A DNA stretch of 64,000 nucleotides, taken from contig OZ024742.1 of NCBI GenBank assembly GCA_964016885.1, forward strand, positions 321,656,001-321,720,000, read 5' to 3'. Under the pieces are notes generated by a model that saw only the letters and a list, made by a program, of their open reading frames with translations, searched no databases and was not told the DNA's origin. This DNA is from Eledone cirrhosa. Its lineage: Eukaryota. Both the position numbers and the translations under genes were made by a program. This document shows, one piece after another, positions 19,261-31,561 of the stretch (position 1 is the first letter of the stretch; each line of letters opens with the position of its first letter).

Positions 19261-19266
<6 letters not shown>
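18345..19266. repeat. Long inverted repeat (~325-bp arms, ~270-bp spacer) between (TA)n tracts
   Basis: 18345-18670 is the near-perfect reverse complement of 18940-19266. Confidence 0.9.
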
Positions 19267-19301
<35 letters not shown>

Positions 19302-19484
19302 CTCCTTACGTAGAGAACAAAACGTTGAATAATGCCGCTAATTTTAGTGGCAATTCGACATGTTTATAATATCCAGCTTTTATCAGCGACCTGATTTGCG
19401 TGTGTGTCACTTTAACGGCTTGACCGCATGCGTTGGGCAGGGAGCATAATATTTACTTGCTATACCTTATAGCGTGGAAATAGG

Positions 19485-19565
19485 GCTGTCTGAAGATTCA
19501 TTTCTTTCCATTGGAAATTCGTTGGATTTCCAATCTTTCGGAATGATGAAACCGTCGGTAACAGC
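19485..19565 (+). ncRNA. Type I hammerhead ribozyme, copy 1
   Basis: Stem I GCUGU/ACAGC; core CUGAAGA; stem II UCAUUUC/GGAAUGA with inner UUGGAAAUU/GAUUUCCAA; GAAACCG-U-CGGUA. Predicted cut after 19560. Confidence 0.85.
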
Positions 19566-19941
19566 ATCTGAACAGGTGATTATTTAATCATTTTTTAATT
19601 TATTTAGAAAATTGTTTAATAACCGTTTGTTTCGCTACTTTTATATTGTTCTGGTATCTCGAATTAGTGCCATTGAACCACATGTATTATAAACAACTTG
19701 AATATTTCTACAAGTACATTGTACCTGTTGAGGTATCCATCCACTTCTATAATTTATTCTCCTTACGTAGAGAACAAAACGTTGAATAATGCCGCTAATT
19801 TTAGTGGCAATTCGACATGTTTATAATATCCAGCTTTTATCAGCGACCTGATTTGCGTGTGTGTCACTTTAACGGCTTGACCGCATGCGTTGGGCAGGGA
19901 GCATAATATTTACTTGCTATACCTTATAGCGTGGAAATAGG

Positions 19942-20022
19942 GCTGTCTGAAGATTCATTTCTTTCCATTGGAAATTCGTTGGATTTCCAATCTTTCGGAA
20001 TGATGAAACCGTCGGTAACAGC
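19942..20022 (+). ncRNA. Type I hammerhead ribozyme, copy 2
   Basis: Same sequence as copy 1; predicted cut after 20017. Confidence 0.85.
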
Positions 20023-20398
20023 ATCTGAACAGGTGATTATTTAATCATTTTTTAATTTATTTAGAAAATTGTTTAATAACCGTTTGTTTCGCTACTTTTA
20101 TATTGTTCTGGTATCTCGAATTAGTGCCATTGAACCACATGTATTATAAACAACTTGAATATTTCTACAAGTACATTGTACCTGTTGAGGTATCCATCCA
20201 CTTCTATAATTTATTCTCCTTACGTAGAGAACAAAACGTTGAATAATGCCGCTAATTTTAGTGGCAATTCGACATGTTTATAATATCCAGCTTTTATCAG
20301 CGACCTGATTTGCGTGTGTGTCACTTTAACGGCTTGACCGCATGCGTTGGGCAGGGAGCATAATATTTACTTGCTATACCTTATAGCGTGGAAATAGG

Positions 20399-20479
20399 GC
20401 TGTCTGAAGATTCATTTCTTTCCATTGGAAATTCGTTGGATTTCCAATCTTTCGGAATGATGAAACCGTCGGTAACAGC
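20399..20479 (+). ncRNA. Type I hammerhead ribozyme, copy 3
   Basis: Same sequence as copy 1; predicted cut after 20474. Confidence 0.85.
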
Positions 20480-20551
20480 ATCTGAACAGGTGATTATTTA
20501 ATCATTTTTTAATTTATTTAGAAAATTGTTTAATAACCGTTTGTTTCGCTA

Positions 20552-20590
<39 letters not shown>

Positions 20591-20594
<4 letters not shown>

Positions 20595-21280
20595 AAGAAT
20601 TCATATCTAGTAACATATATATACATACAAATGCATATCGATGCTAGCAAATATATAGGTTTTGTCTTAATAACATTGTGGTTCAATGCATGGGGTTGTA
20701 GAACAATAATATAAGAGACGTAAAATAAGAAAATTATAAAATTAACTTACTTACTAAAATATCACTTCCAACTAATTAGTTTCTGGAATGGAGTAGATAC
20801 ATCTTCCGAAGAAGGTGTAGAGAAACATCCCCTCATCAGGAAAGTCAATTCTCATATAAGTTTCCAGGCAAAGCGAGGACACTGGAAGCTTATTAAAAAA
20901 TAAATCAGTGAATAGGAAATAGCAAAGCGTGGACTTAATTACTAGCCATTGAGAAAATCACTGCCTCTGTGTCCGTGGCAAATTCAAAAAGAATCGAACA
21001 CGTGACATCGAGGTCAATCGGTGGAAAGTGGGTTGTTAATAAGACAGCGGCCAGCCTACTACTGTAACAGCAGTCATGGCCAGTATTGCTCGACAAAAGA
21101 TTTGGAGATAATAATAAAGAATTTATATCTAGTAACATATATATACATACAGATGCATATCAATGCTAGCAAATATATAGGTTTTGTCTTAATAACATTG
21201 TGGTTCAATGCATGGGGTTGCAGAACAATAATATAAGAGACGTAAAATAAGAAAATTATAAAATTAACTTACTTACTAAA
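20591..21280 (-). mobile_element. Second retrozyme/pLTR-like element: 522-bp unit x ~1.3
   Basis: ~167-bp direct repeats at 20591-20758 and 21113-21280 with an HHR between them; flanked by (TA)n. Confidence 0.7.
20764..20845 (-). ncRNA. Type I hammerhead ribozyme with cUUCGg-capped stem II
   Basis: Minus strand: ACUUUC-CUGAUGA-GGGGAUG...CUUC-UUCG-GAAG...CAUUCCA-GAAAC-UAAUUA-GUU-GGAAGU. Confidence 0.75.
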
Positions 21281-21450
21281 TATATATATATCTATCTAAT
21301 ATAGAAATGGCTTCTACAGGAATGATTTCTCCCGAATGAAACAGTTCTAGTCCTGTAGAAGCCATTTCTATATTATATATTAAATATTTATACTCTGCTA
21401 TTGTTATGTATTGAGTACCTTACTTACTGTGGTTACCCCCGATTGAACCC

Positions 21451-21528
<78 letters not shown>

Positions 21529-22178
21529 CTATATATAGTTGGTACATATTTAAGTATATATGTTTGAATATATATATATAAATATTTGCGTGTGGTATAT
21601 ATATACACACACAAATATTTTTCTTTCCATTCCCCACAACTACCTCACCTATCATCACCCTCCCATTCCCTTCTCACATCTCTCCATGTCTCAGGCTGCT
21701 TTTCCATACCTTACACACACCCGTCCTTTACTTTTCAACTTTCACTTTCTGTCTGTCTGTCTCTCTCCCTCCTCTCTCTCTCCCTCTCTCTCCCTCTCTC
21801 TTTACACCGCCCTATATCTCCTCATCCCTCCGACCCCTTCATTTTTGACGTCCATCTTGCTTCAAAGTTCAGTGTAACACTAATCCGTCTTATTTCCTAT
21901 AAATAAGGCTTTACAGGATGAAACGGGTCAGCTGAGCTCAGAGAAAACGAGTGAAGGCACACACATAAACACACATAAACACACATAAACACACATAAAC
22001 ACACACACGTGTCAGCGTTTGGGCGAGTGTGAACGTATGCGAACGTGTGTGTGTCCTTTTTTCTTTCTGTGTGCGTGTGGGTGTAAGTGTGCATGCGCAA
22101 TGCACATGCGCAAAGACACAAACGGTCAGACGAGCACAAATGCATATATATTGACACAGACAGTCACACACACACACA

Positions 22179-22269
<91 letters not shown>

Positions 22270-22294
22270 ACGCACACACACACACACATACATA

Positions 22295-22329
<35 letters not shown>

Positions 22330-22528
22330 GAAAGAGAGAGAGAGAGATACATAATACATAGATACTTACATGCATAGATAGATAGATAAATGAATGCTAC
22401 ATACATACATACATACATACATACATACATACATACATTCACACATACATATACACATACATACATTCATACATGCATAAACACGCATTTGTCCCATGTC
22501 CATATAGAGCAAAGCTCTTTCATGTACA

Positions 22529-22575
<47 letters not shown>

Positions 22576-22644
22576 CCATACTAACATAAAAGCATACAAG
22601 ATGGTTGTGGGCGTAGAAACAGATGGGTGTTGCGATACAATAAT

Positions 22645-25600
22645 GTAGTTTGGTGTGGTGTGGTGTGGTTGTGTGGTGTGGTGTGGTTGTGTGGTGTAGT
22701 GTGGTGTGGTGTGGTTGTGTAGTGTAGTGTGGTGTGGTTGTGTGGTGTAGTGTGGTGTGGTTGTGTGGTGTGGTGTGGTGTGGTGTGGTTGTGTGGTGTG
22801 GTGTGGTGTGGTGTGGTGTGGTTGTGTGGTGTAGTGTGGTGTGGTTGTGTGGTGTAGTGTGGTGTGGTTGTGTGGTGTGGTGTGGTGTGGTGTGGTTGTG
22901 TGGTGTAGTGTGGTGTGGTTGTGTGGTGTAGTGTGGTGTGGTTGTGTGGTGTAGTGTGGTGTGGTTGTGTGGTGTAGTGTGGTGTGGTGTGGTGTGGTTG
23001 TGTGGTGTAGTGTGGTGTGGTTGTGTGGTGTAGTGTGGTGTGGTGTGGTGTGGTTGTGTGGTGTAGTGTGGTGTGGTTGTGTGGTGTAGTGTGGTGTGGT
23101 GTGGTGTGGTTGTGTGGTGTGGTGTGGTGTGGTTATGTGGTGTAGTGTGGTGTGGTTGTGTGGTGTAGTGTGGTGTGGTTGTGTGGTGTGGTGTGGTGTG
23201 GTGTGGTGTGGTGTGGTTGTGTGGTGTAGTGTGGTGTGGTTGTGTGGTGTAGTGTGGTGTGGTGTGGTGTGGTTGTGTGGTGTAGTGTGGTGTGGTTGTG
23301 TGGTGTAGTGTGGTGTGGTGTGGTGTGGTTGTGTGGTGTAGTGTGGTGTGGTTGTGTGGTGTAGTGTGGTGTGGTGTGGTTGTGTGGTGTAGTGTGGTGT
23401 GGTTGTGTGGTGTAGTGTGGTGTGGTGTGGTGTGGTTGTGTGGTGTAGTGTGGTGTGGTTGTGTGGTGTGGTGTGGTGTGGTGTGGTTGTGTGGTGTGGT
23501 GTGGTGTGGTGTGGTTGTGTGGTGTAGTGTGGTGTGGTGTGGTTGTGTGGTGTAGTGTGGTGTGGTTGTGTGGTGTAGTGTGGTGTGGTGTGGTGTGGTG
23601 TGGTGTGGTATAGTGTGGTGTGGTTGTGTGGTGTAGTGTGGTGTGGTGTGGTGTGGTGTGGTTGTGTGGTGTAGTGTGGTGTAGTTTGGTGTGGTGTGGT
23701 GTGGTGTGGTTGTGTGGTGTGGTGTGGTGTGGTTGTGTGGTGTAGTGTGGTGTGGTGTGGTGTGGTGTGGTGTGGTGTGGTGTGGTGTGGTGTGGTTGTG
23801 TGGTGTAGTGTGGTGTGGTGTGGTGTGGTGTGGTGTGGTGTGGTGTGGTGTAGTGTGGTGTGGTTGTGTGGTGTAGTGTGGTGTGGTTGTGTGGTGTAGT
23901 GTGGTGTGGTGTGGTGTGGTTGTGTGGTGTAGTGTGGTGTGGTTGTGTGGTGTGGTGTGGTGTGGTGTGGTTGTGTGGTGTGGTGTGGTGTGGTGTGGTT
24001 GTGTGGTGTAGTGTGGTGTGGTTGTGTGGTGTAGTGTGGTGTGGTGTGGTGTGGTTGTGTGGTGTAGTGTGGTGTGGTTGTGTGGTGTAGTGTGGTGTGG
24101 TGTGGTGTGGTTGTGTGGTGTAGTGTGGTGTGGTTGTGTGGTGTAGTGTGGTGTGGTGTGGTTGTGTGGTGTAGTGTGGTGTGGTTGTGTGGTGTAGTGT
24201 GGTGTGGTGTGGTGTGGTGTGGTGTGGTATAGTGTGGTGTGGTTGTGTGGTGTAGTGTGGTGTGGTGTGGTGTGGTGTGGTTGTGTGGTGTAGTGTGGTG
24301 TAGTTTGGTGTGGTGTGGTGTGGTTGTGTGGTGTGGTGTGGTGTGGTTGTGTGGTGTAGTGTGGTGTGGTTGTGTGGTGTGGTGTGGTGTGGTGTGGTTG
24401 TGTGGTGTAGTGTGGTGTGGTTGTGTGGTGTAGTGTGGTGTGGTTGTGTGGTGTAGTGTGGTGTGGTTGTGTGGTGTAGTGTGGTGTGGTGTGGTGTGGT
24501 TGTGTGGTGTAGTGTGGTGTGGTTGTGTGGTGTAGTGTGGTGTGGTGTGGTGTGGTTGTGTGGTGTAGTGTGGTGTGGTTGTGTGGTGTAGTGTGGTGTG
24601 GTGTGGTGTGGTTGTGTGGTGTGGTGTGGTGTGGTTGTGTGGTGTAGTGTGGTGTGGTTGTGTGGTGTAGTGTGGTGTGGTTGTGTGGTGTGGTGTGGTG
24701 TGGTGTGGTGTGGTGTGGTTGTGTGGTGTAGTGTGGTGTGGTTGTGTGGTGTAGTGTGGTGTGGTGTGGTGTGGTTGTGTGGTGTAGTGTGGTGTGGTTG
24801 TGTGGTGTAGTGTGGTGTGGTGTGGTGTGGTTGTGTGGTGTAGTGTGGTGTGGTTGTGTGGTGTAGTGTGGTGTGGTGTGGTTGTGTGGTGTAGTGTGGT
24901 GTGGTTGTGTGGTGTAGTGTGGTGTGGTGTGGTGTGGTGTGGTGTGGTATAGTGTGGTGTGGTTGTGTGGTGTAGTGTGGTGTGGTTGTGTGGTGTAGTG
25001 TGGTGTGGTTGTGTGGTGTAGTGTGGTGTGGTTGTGTGGTGTAGTGTGGTGTGGTGTGGTGTGGTTGTGTGGTGTAGTGTGGTGTGGTTGTGTGGTGTAG
25101 TGTGGTGTGGTGTGGTGTGGTTGTGTGGTGTAGTGTGGTGTGGTTGTGTGGTGTAGTGTGGTGTGGTGTGGTGTGGTTGTGTGGTGTGGTGTGGTGTGGT
25201 TGTGTGGTGTAGTGTGGTGTGGTTGTGTGGTGTAGTGTGGTGTGGTTGTGTGGTGTGGTGTGGTGTGGTGTGGTGTGGTGTGGTTGTGTGGTGTAGTGTG
25301 GTGTGGTTGTGTGGTGTAGTGTGGTGTGGTGTGGTGTGGTTGTGTGGTGTAGTGTGGTGTGGTTGTGTGGTGTAGTGTGGTGTGGTGTGGTGTGGTTGTG
25401 TGTGGTGTAGTGTGGTGTGGTTGTGTGGTGTAGTGTGGTGTGGTGTGGTTGTGTGGTGTAGTGTGGTGTGGTTGTGTGGTGTAGTGTGGTGTGGTGTGGT
25501 GTGGTGTGGTGTGGTATAGTGTGGTGTGGTTGTGTGGTGTAGTGTGGTGTGGTGTGGTGTGGTGTGGTTGTGTGGTGTAGTGTGGTGTAGTTTGGTGTGG

Positions 25601-28498
25601 TGTGGTGTGGTGTGGTTGTGTGGTGTGGTGTGGTGTGGTTGTGTGGTGTAGTGTGGTGTGGTGTGGTGTGGTGTGGTGTGGTGTGGTGTGGTGTGGTGTG
25701 GTTGTGTGGTGTAGTGTGGTGTGGTGTGGTGTGGTGTGGTGTGGTGTGGTGTGGTGTAGTGTGGTGTGGTTGTGGTGGTGTGGTGTGGTGTGGGTGGTGT
25801 GTGTGGTGTGGTGTGGTGTGGTGTGGTTGTGTGGGGTGTGTGGGTGTGGTGTGGTGTGGTGTAGTGTGGTGTGGTTGTGTGGTGTAGTGTGGTTGTGGTT
25901 GTGTAGTGTAGTGTGGTGTGGGTTGTGTGGTGTGGTGTGGTATGGTTGTGTGGTGTAGTGTGGTGTGGTTGTGTGGTGTGTGTGGTGTGGTTGTGGTGTG
26001 GTTGTGTGGTGTTGTGTGGTGTGGTTGTGTGGTGTGGTGTGGTGTGGTGTGGTTGTGTGGTGTGGTGTGGTGTGGTTGTGTGGTGTGGTGTGGTTGTGTG
26101 GTGTAGTGTGGTGTGGGTTGTGTGGTGTGTGTGGTGTGGTTGTGTGGTGTGTGTGGTGTGGGGTGGTGTGGGTGTAGGTGTGGTGGTGGTTGTGTGGTGT
26201 GGTGTGGTGTGGTGTGGTGTGGTTGTGTGGTGTAGTGTGGTGTGGTTGTGTGGTGTAGTGTGGTGTGGTGTGGTGTGGGTTGTGTGGTGTAGTGTGGTGT
26301 GGTTGTGTGGTTGTGTGGTGTGGTTGGTGGTGTAGTGTGGTGTGGTGTGGTGTGGTGTGGTGTGGGGTGTGGGTAGTGTGGTGTGGTTGTGTGGTGTAGT
26401 GTGGTGTGGTGTGTGGTGTGGGTGTGGTGTGGTTGTGTGGTGTAGGGTTGGTGTGGGTGGTGTGGTGTGGTGTGGTGTGGTGTGGTTGTGTGGTGTAGTG
26501 TGGTGTGGTTGTGTGGTGTGGTGTGGTGTGGTTGTGTGGTGTAGTGTGGTGTGGTTGTGTGGTGTGGTGTGGTGTGGTGTGGTGTGGTTGTGTGGTGTGG
26601 TGTGGTGTGGTTGTGTGGTGTAGTGTGGTGTGGTTGTGTGGTGTAGTGTGGTGTGGTGTGGTGTGGTGTGGTTGTGTGGTGTAGTGTGGTGTGGTTGTGT
26701 GGTGTGGTGTGGTGTGGTTGTGTGGTGTAGTGTGGTGTGGTTGTGTGGTGTGGTGTGGTGTGGTGTGGTGTGGTTGTGTGGTGTGGTGTGGTGTGGTTGT
26801 GTGGTGTAGTGTGGTGTGGTTGTGTGGTGTAGTGTGGTGTGGTTGTGTGGTGTGGTGTGGTTGTGTGGTGTAGTGTGGTGTGGTTGTGTGGTGTGGTGTG
26901 GTGTGGTGTGGTGTGGTTGTGTGGTGTGGTGTGGTGTGGTTGTGTGGTGTAGTGTGGTGTGGTTGTGTGGTGTGGTGTGGTGTGGTGTGGTGTGGTTGTG
27001 TGGTGTAGTGTGGTGTGGTTGTGTGGTGTGGTGTGGTGTGGTTGTGTGGTGTAGTGTGGTGTGGTTGTGTGGTGTGGTGTGGTGTGGTGTGGTGTGGTTG
27101 TGTGGTGTGGTGTGGTGTGGTTGTGTGGTGTAGTGTGGTGTGGTTGTGTGGTGTGGTGTGGTGTGGTTGTGTGGTGTGGTGTGGTGTGGTGTGGTGTGGT
27201 GTGGTTGTGTGGTGTAGTGTGGTGTGGTTGTGTGGTGTGGTGTGGTGTGGTTGTGTGGTGTAGTGTGGTGTGGTTGTGTGGTGTAGTGTGGTGTGGTTGT
27301 GTGGTGTAGTGTGGTGTGGTTGTGTGGTGTGGTGTGGTGTGGTGTGGTTGTGTGGTGTAGTATGGTGTGGTTGTGTGGTGTGGTGTGGTGTGGTTGTGTG
27401 GTGTAGTGTGGTGTGGTTGTGTGGTGTAGTGTGGTGTGGTTGTGTGGTGTAGTGTGGTGTGGTTGTGTGGTGTGGTGTGGTGTGGTGTAGTGTGGTTGTG
27501 TGGTGTAGTGTGGTGTGGTTGTGTGGTGTAGTGTGGTGCGGTTGTGTTGTGTGGTGTGGTGTGGTGCGGTTGTGTGGTGTGGTGTGGTGCGGTTGTGTGG
27601 TGTGGTGTGGTGTGGTTGTGTGGTGTAGTGTGGTGTGGTTGTGTGGTGTAGTGTGGTGTGGTTGTGTGGTGTAGTGTGGTGCGGTTGTGTTGTGTGGTGT
27701 GGTGTGGTGCGGTTGTGTGGTGTGGTGTGGTGCGGTTGTGTGGTGTGGTGTGGTGTGGTTGTGTGGTGTGGTGCGGTGTGGTTGTGTGGTGTAGTGTGGT
27801 GCGGTTGTGTTGTGTGGTGTGGTGTGGTGCGGTTGTGTGGTGTGGTGTGGTGCGGTTGTGTGGTGTGGTGTGGTGTGGTTGTGTGGTGTGGTGCGGTTGT
27901 GTAGTGTGGTGCGGTTGTGTGGTGTAGTGTGGTGCGGTTGTGTTGTGTGGTGTGGTGCGGTTGTGTGGTGTGGTGTGGTGCGGTTGTGTGGTGTGGTGTG
28001 GTGCGGTGGTGTAGTGTGGTGCGGTTGTGTGGTGTGGTGTGGTGTGGTGTGGTGCGGTTGTGTGGTGTGGTGCGGTTGTGTGGTGTGGTGTGGTGCGGTT
28101 GTGTGGTGTGGTGTGGTGCGGTTGTGTGGTGTGGTGTGGTGCGATTGTGTGGTGTGGTGTGGTGCGGTTGTGTGGTGTGGTGTGGTGTGGTTGTGTGGTG
28201 TGGTGCGGTTGTGTAGTGTGGTGCGGTTGTGTGGTGTAGTGTGGTGCGGTTGTGTTGTGTGGTGTGGTGCGGTTGTGTGGTGTGGTGTGGTGCGGTTGTG
28301 TGGTGTGGTGTGGTGCGGTGGTGTAGTGTGGTGCGGTTGTGTGGTGTGGTGTGGTGTGGTGTGGTGCGGTTGTGTGGTGTGGTGCGGTTGTGTGGTGTGG
28401 TGTGGTGCGGTTGTGTGGTGTGGTGTGGTGCGGTTGTGTGGTGTGGTGTGGTGCGATTGTGTGGTGTGGTGTGGTGCGGTTGTGTGGTGTGGTGTGGT
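22645..28498. repeat. (GTGTG)n-derived satellite with 18/23-bp higher-order units
   Basis: GTGTG pentamers interspersed with GTT, GTA and GCG variants; explains the 1793-aa HTTP ORF. Confidence 0.95.
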
Positions 28499-28852
28499 CC
28501 ATGACTTGTGACAAAAGTTTATAAATATTTAGGTGGTGGTGCTGCTGATGTTGTTGTCGTTGTTGCTACTGGTGTTGTTATCAATGTTGTTGTTACTGTC
28601 GTTGTTGTTGTAGTTTAGACCGGTCTGATTTGATTCGGTAGATCTCATGATCAAAGACATTTTAGTCGGGACTATCCGGTCTATTGACAGGGATCGGTCA
28701 GATACAGTACTTTGCCATATCTCTTCTGGCTCTCTACGTTGTGTGTTCAGATCCCGCCAAGATAAACTTTGCTGTTCAGCCTTTCCAGATCGATAATATA
28801 GTATCTTTTTATTACTGTTGTCGATTCTTCCACTATATCTTTCCGATACTTA

Positions 28853-28953
<101 letters not shown>

Positions 28954-29081
28954 CACTCTCTTTCTCTCTCTCTCTCTTCTCCCTCTCTCTAAACTCTCTT
29001 TTTATCTACCTTTATCTCTATTTCCTCTCTTAATCTCTCTACCGCTCTGCACCTCTATCTATTTATCTATCTACCTGCCTA

Positions 29082-29191
<110 letters not shown>

Positions 29192-29213
29192 AATATATAT
29201 ATATATACAGTAT

Positions 29214-29282
<69 letters not shown>

Positions 29283-29309
29283 CTCTCTCTCTCATCTTTC
29301 TCGGGGGTG

Positions 29310-29560
29310 GGGTGAACACGATCAATGTTCCTTCGGTGGTGGCAATTGCAGGACGTCTAGACATTGGGGTCATCTTCAAACCACTCCCGTCTCCTAAATT
29401 CAGCTGCCACTTTTGCACTGTTGATAAACCGTCAACCCCTAATTTAGCAACCATGTTAGCACAAATATCCTTGGTGGGACTAAACCCTTTTTTTGCTGGT
29501 ACTTGTCCATTTTCAGGTGACGTTTGAAGACTACTTTGAACAGTCAGACGTCAGTTTCCT
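29310..29560 (-). pseudogene. Mariner-like transposase N-terminal remnant
   Basis: Frameshifted translation [26 protein letters not shown]...[20 protein letters not shown] resembles the mariner HTH and EDDPRSGRP region. Confidence 0.55.
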
Positions 29561-30052
29561 GAAGAAAACTATGTAGTTATTAATACAATTTGAAATTAAT
29601 GCATGCAAGATTTAGCAACCTAGCCTCATTCCTTCATAGGCAGCCTATGAACTTTTCATCTCACCCTCTAACTTCCACAACAATTATTATTACGAAGCAT
29701 GGGACTACATTCCACTCCACTCTCACACTCCACATAGCATGAGTCCTAATCATGCTGGCTGAGAACAATTTTCTTAATAGTTAATAGCTCGTTAAACGTT
29801 CAACCCTCCCATAATTAACCATTCATGACACAATTAAAACAAAATTATTTAAATATATCCATGTTTTTATAAATTCTCTGTAAATACACACACATACACA
29901 CATATATATATATATGTATATATATTTAATATGTATGTATGCATAATTTCTTTTCACGCTGCTCCAGTCCACTCAGCTGGTGATTAAGTTAACTCTGAAA
30001 CGGACAGTCAGGGGAGTCTTGTGCTATCAGTCGCTTAACTTATATACAGACA

Positions 30053-30113
<61 letters not shown>

Positions 30114-30217
30114 ATGTGTGTGTGTGCCCCAAAAATGTATACACATTTAAACAACAGTCTAATCAAAGTGTGTATACATTTTGGGGACCCCCACCCTGTA
30201 TATATATGTATACTTAT

Positions 30218-30288
<71 letters not shown>

Positions 30289-30353
30289 CACGCATATATA
30301 TATATACACACACATATATATATATATACATACACGCACATATACATATATAT

Positions 30354-30431
<78 letters not shown>

Positions 30432-31023
30432 TATATAAATATATATATATACACACACGCATATATATATATACATTTATGCGTGTATATGTTTATTTTC
30501 ACTACATCTCATACCTCCTCTCTATTTATATATTGAAGTGTTTTCAATATTTATATATTTGAAGTGTTTTAATAGAATAGAATTATTTTCCCACGAGATT
30601 GCTGCATATTGCAACATTATAGACACAATACTGTTATATAAATATGTGTTGACATCTGTACATTAAATATACTAGGGAACCACGCAGTCTATGCTACAAG
30701 ATTAATAAATAGACAATTAGAATTACTTCTCCAAATTTAATTACAAGTTTATTTTCATATCTGTTATTTTACTAGATTTTTCTCCTGTGTATTTAAAGGA
30801 ATAATTGCATGTGTATGTATGTATGCATGTATGTATGTATGTATGTATGTATGTATGTATGTATGTATGTATGTATGTATGTATGTATGAAGTTTTCGCA
30901 ATACGAAGACCGAAAAGACCACATATCATGGTAGCACCAATGCATGTTTTGGCGCATTGTTAGCTGGATATATACATACATGTATATTTATATATATATA
31001 TTTGTATATATATATATATGTAT

Positions 31024-31357
31024 ATTATTAAAAATGTAAGCTATCGCCGTATTTTGACTAAAGAAATTAGAGAAATTATTTAGCCTGATAGTAGGGTTAA
31101 GAACCCTCGAAGAAATGGAAAAAGATGAGTATTGACGTACATGGGAGTCGAACTATTTACACCAACACATCACCATAATGTGTTGGTGTAAATAGTAGCA
31201 CAGTGGTCCGGATAACCAAAGATGTGGGTTCGACTCCCATGTACGTCAATACTCATCTTTTTGTATTTCTCCGAGGGTTCTTAACCCCACTATCAGGCTA
31301 AATAATTTCTCTAATTTCTTTAGTCAAAATACGGCGATAGCTTACATTTTTAATAAT
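31024..31357. mobile_element. Fold-back element with a tRNA-like Pol III unit at its centre
   Basis: ~130-bp inverted arms; A-box-like TGGTGTAAATAG (31184), B-box GGTTCGACTCC (31227), T-stem GTGGG/CCCAT, T5 at 31258-31262. Confidence 0.65.
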
Positions 31358-31415
31358 TTCAAACCCACTCGCTGTTTCGAAAATATTCTTACTTGATATA
31401 TGTTTATATATATAT

Positions 31416-31447
<32 letters not shown>

Positions 31448-31498
31448 TTATTTATTTATATATGCGCGTGTGTGTGTGTGTATTGTGTGTGCATCTGC

Positions 31499-31561
<63 letters not shown>

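Larger units (their letters stand above)
19291..20560 (+). mobile_element. Retrozyme-like tandem array: 457-bp monomer x ~2.8, one hammerhead per monomer
   Basis: TCTCC anchor at 19301, 19758 and 20215 gives a period of 457. Copies appear identical by eye. No ORF. (TA)n on both sides. Confidence 0.85.

Noticed and set aside
19350-19392. Possible opposite-strand hammerhead in the 457-bp monomer (CUGAUAA...UAAACAUGUC)
   Set aside because: Two core mismatches and no convincing stem I or II, so an ambisense viroid-like design is not supported.
22645-28498. Telomeric repeat
   Set aside because: Not TTAGGG-like, and it is internal to the window with ordinary sequence on both sides.
23133-28514. 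1793-aa His/Thr/Pro ORF
   Set aside because: It is a stop-free reading of the (CACAC)n satellite strand with no non-repetitive coding context.
31178-31250. Functional tRNA gene
   Set aside because: The acceptor stem does not pair and the anticodon loop is non-canonical; treated as tRNA-derived.
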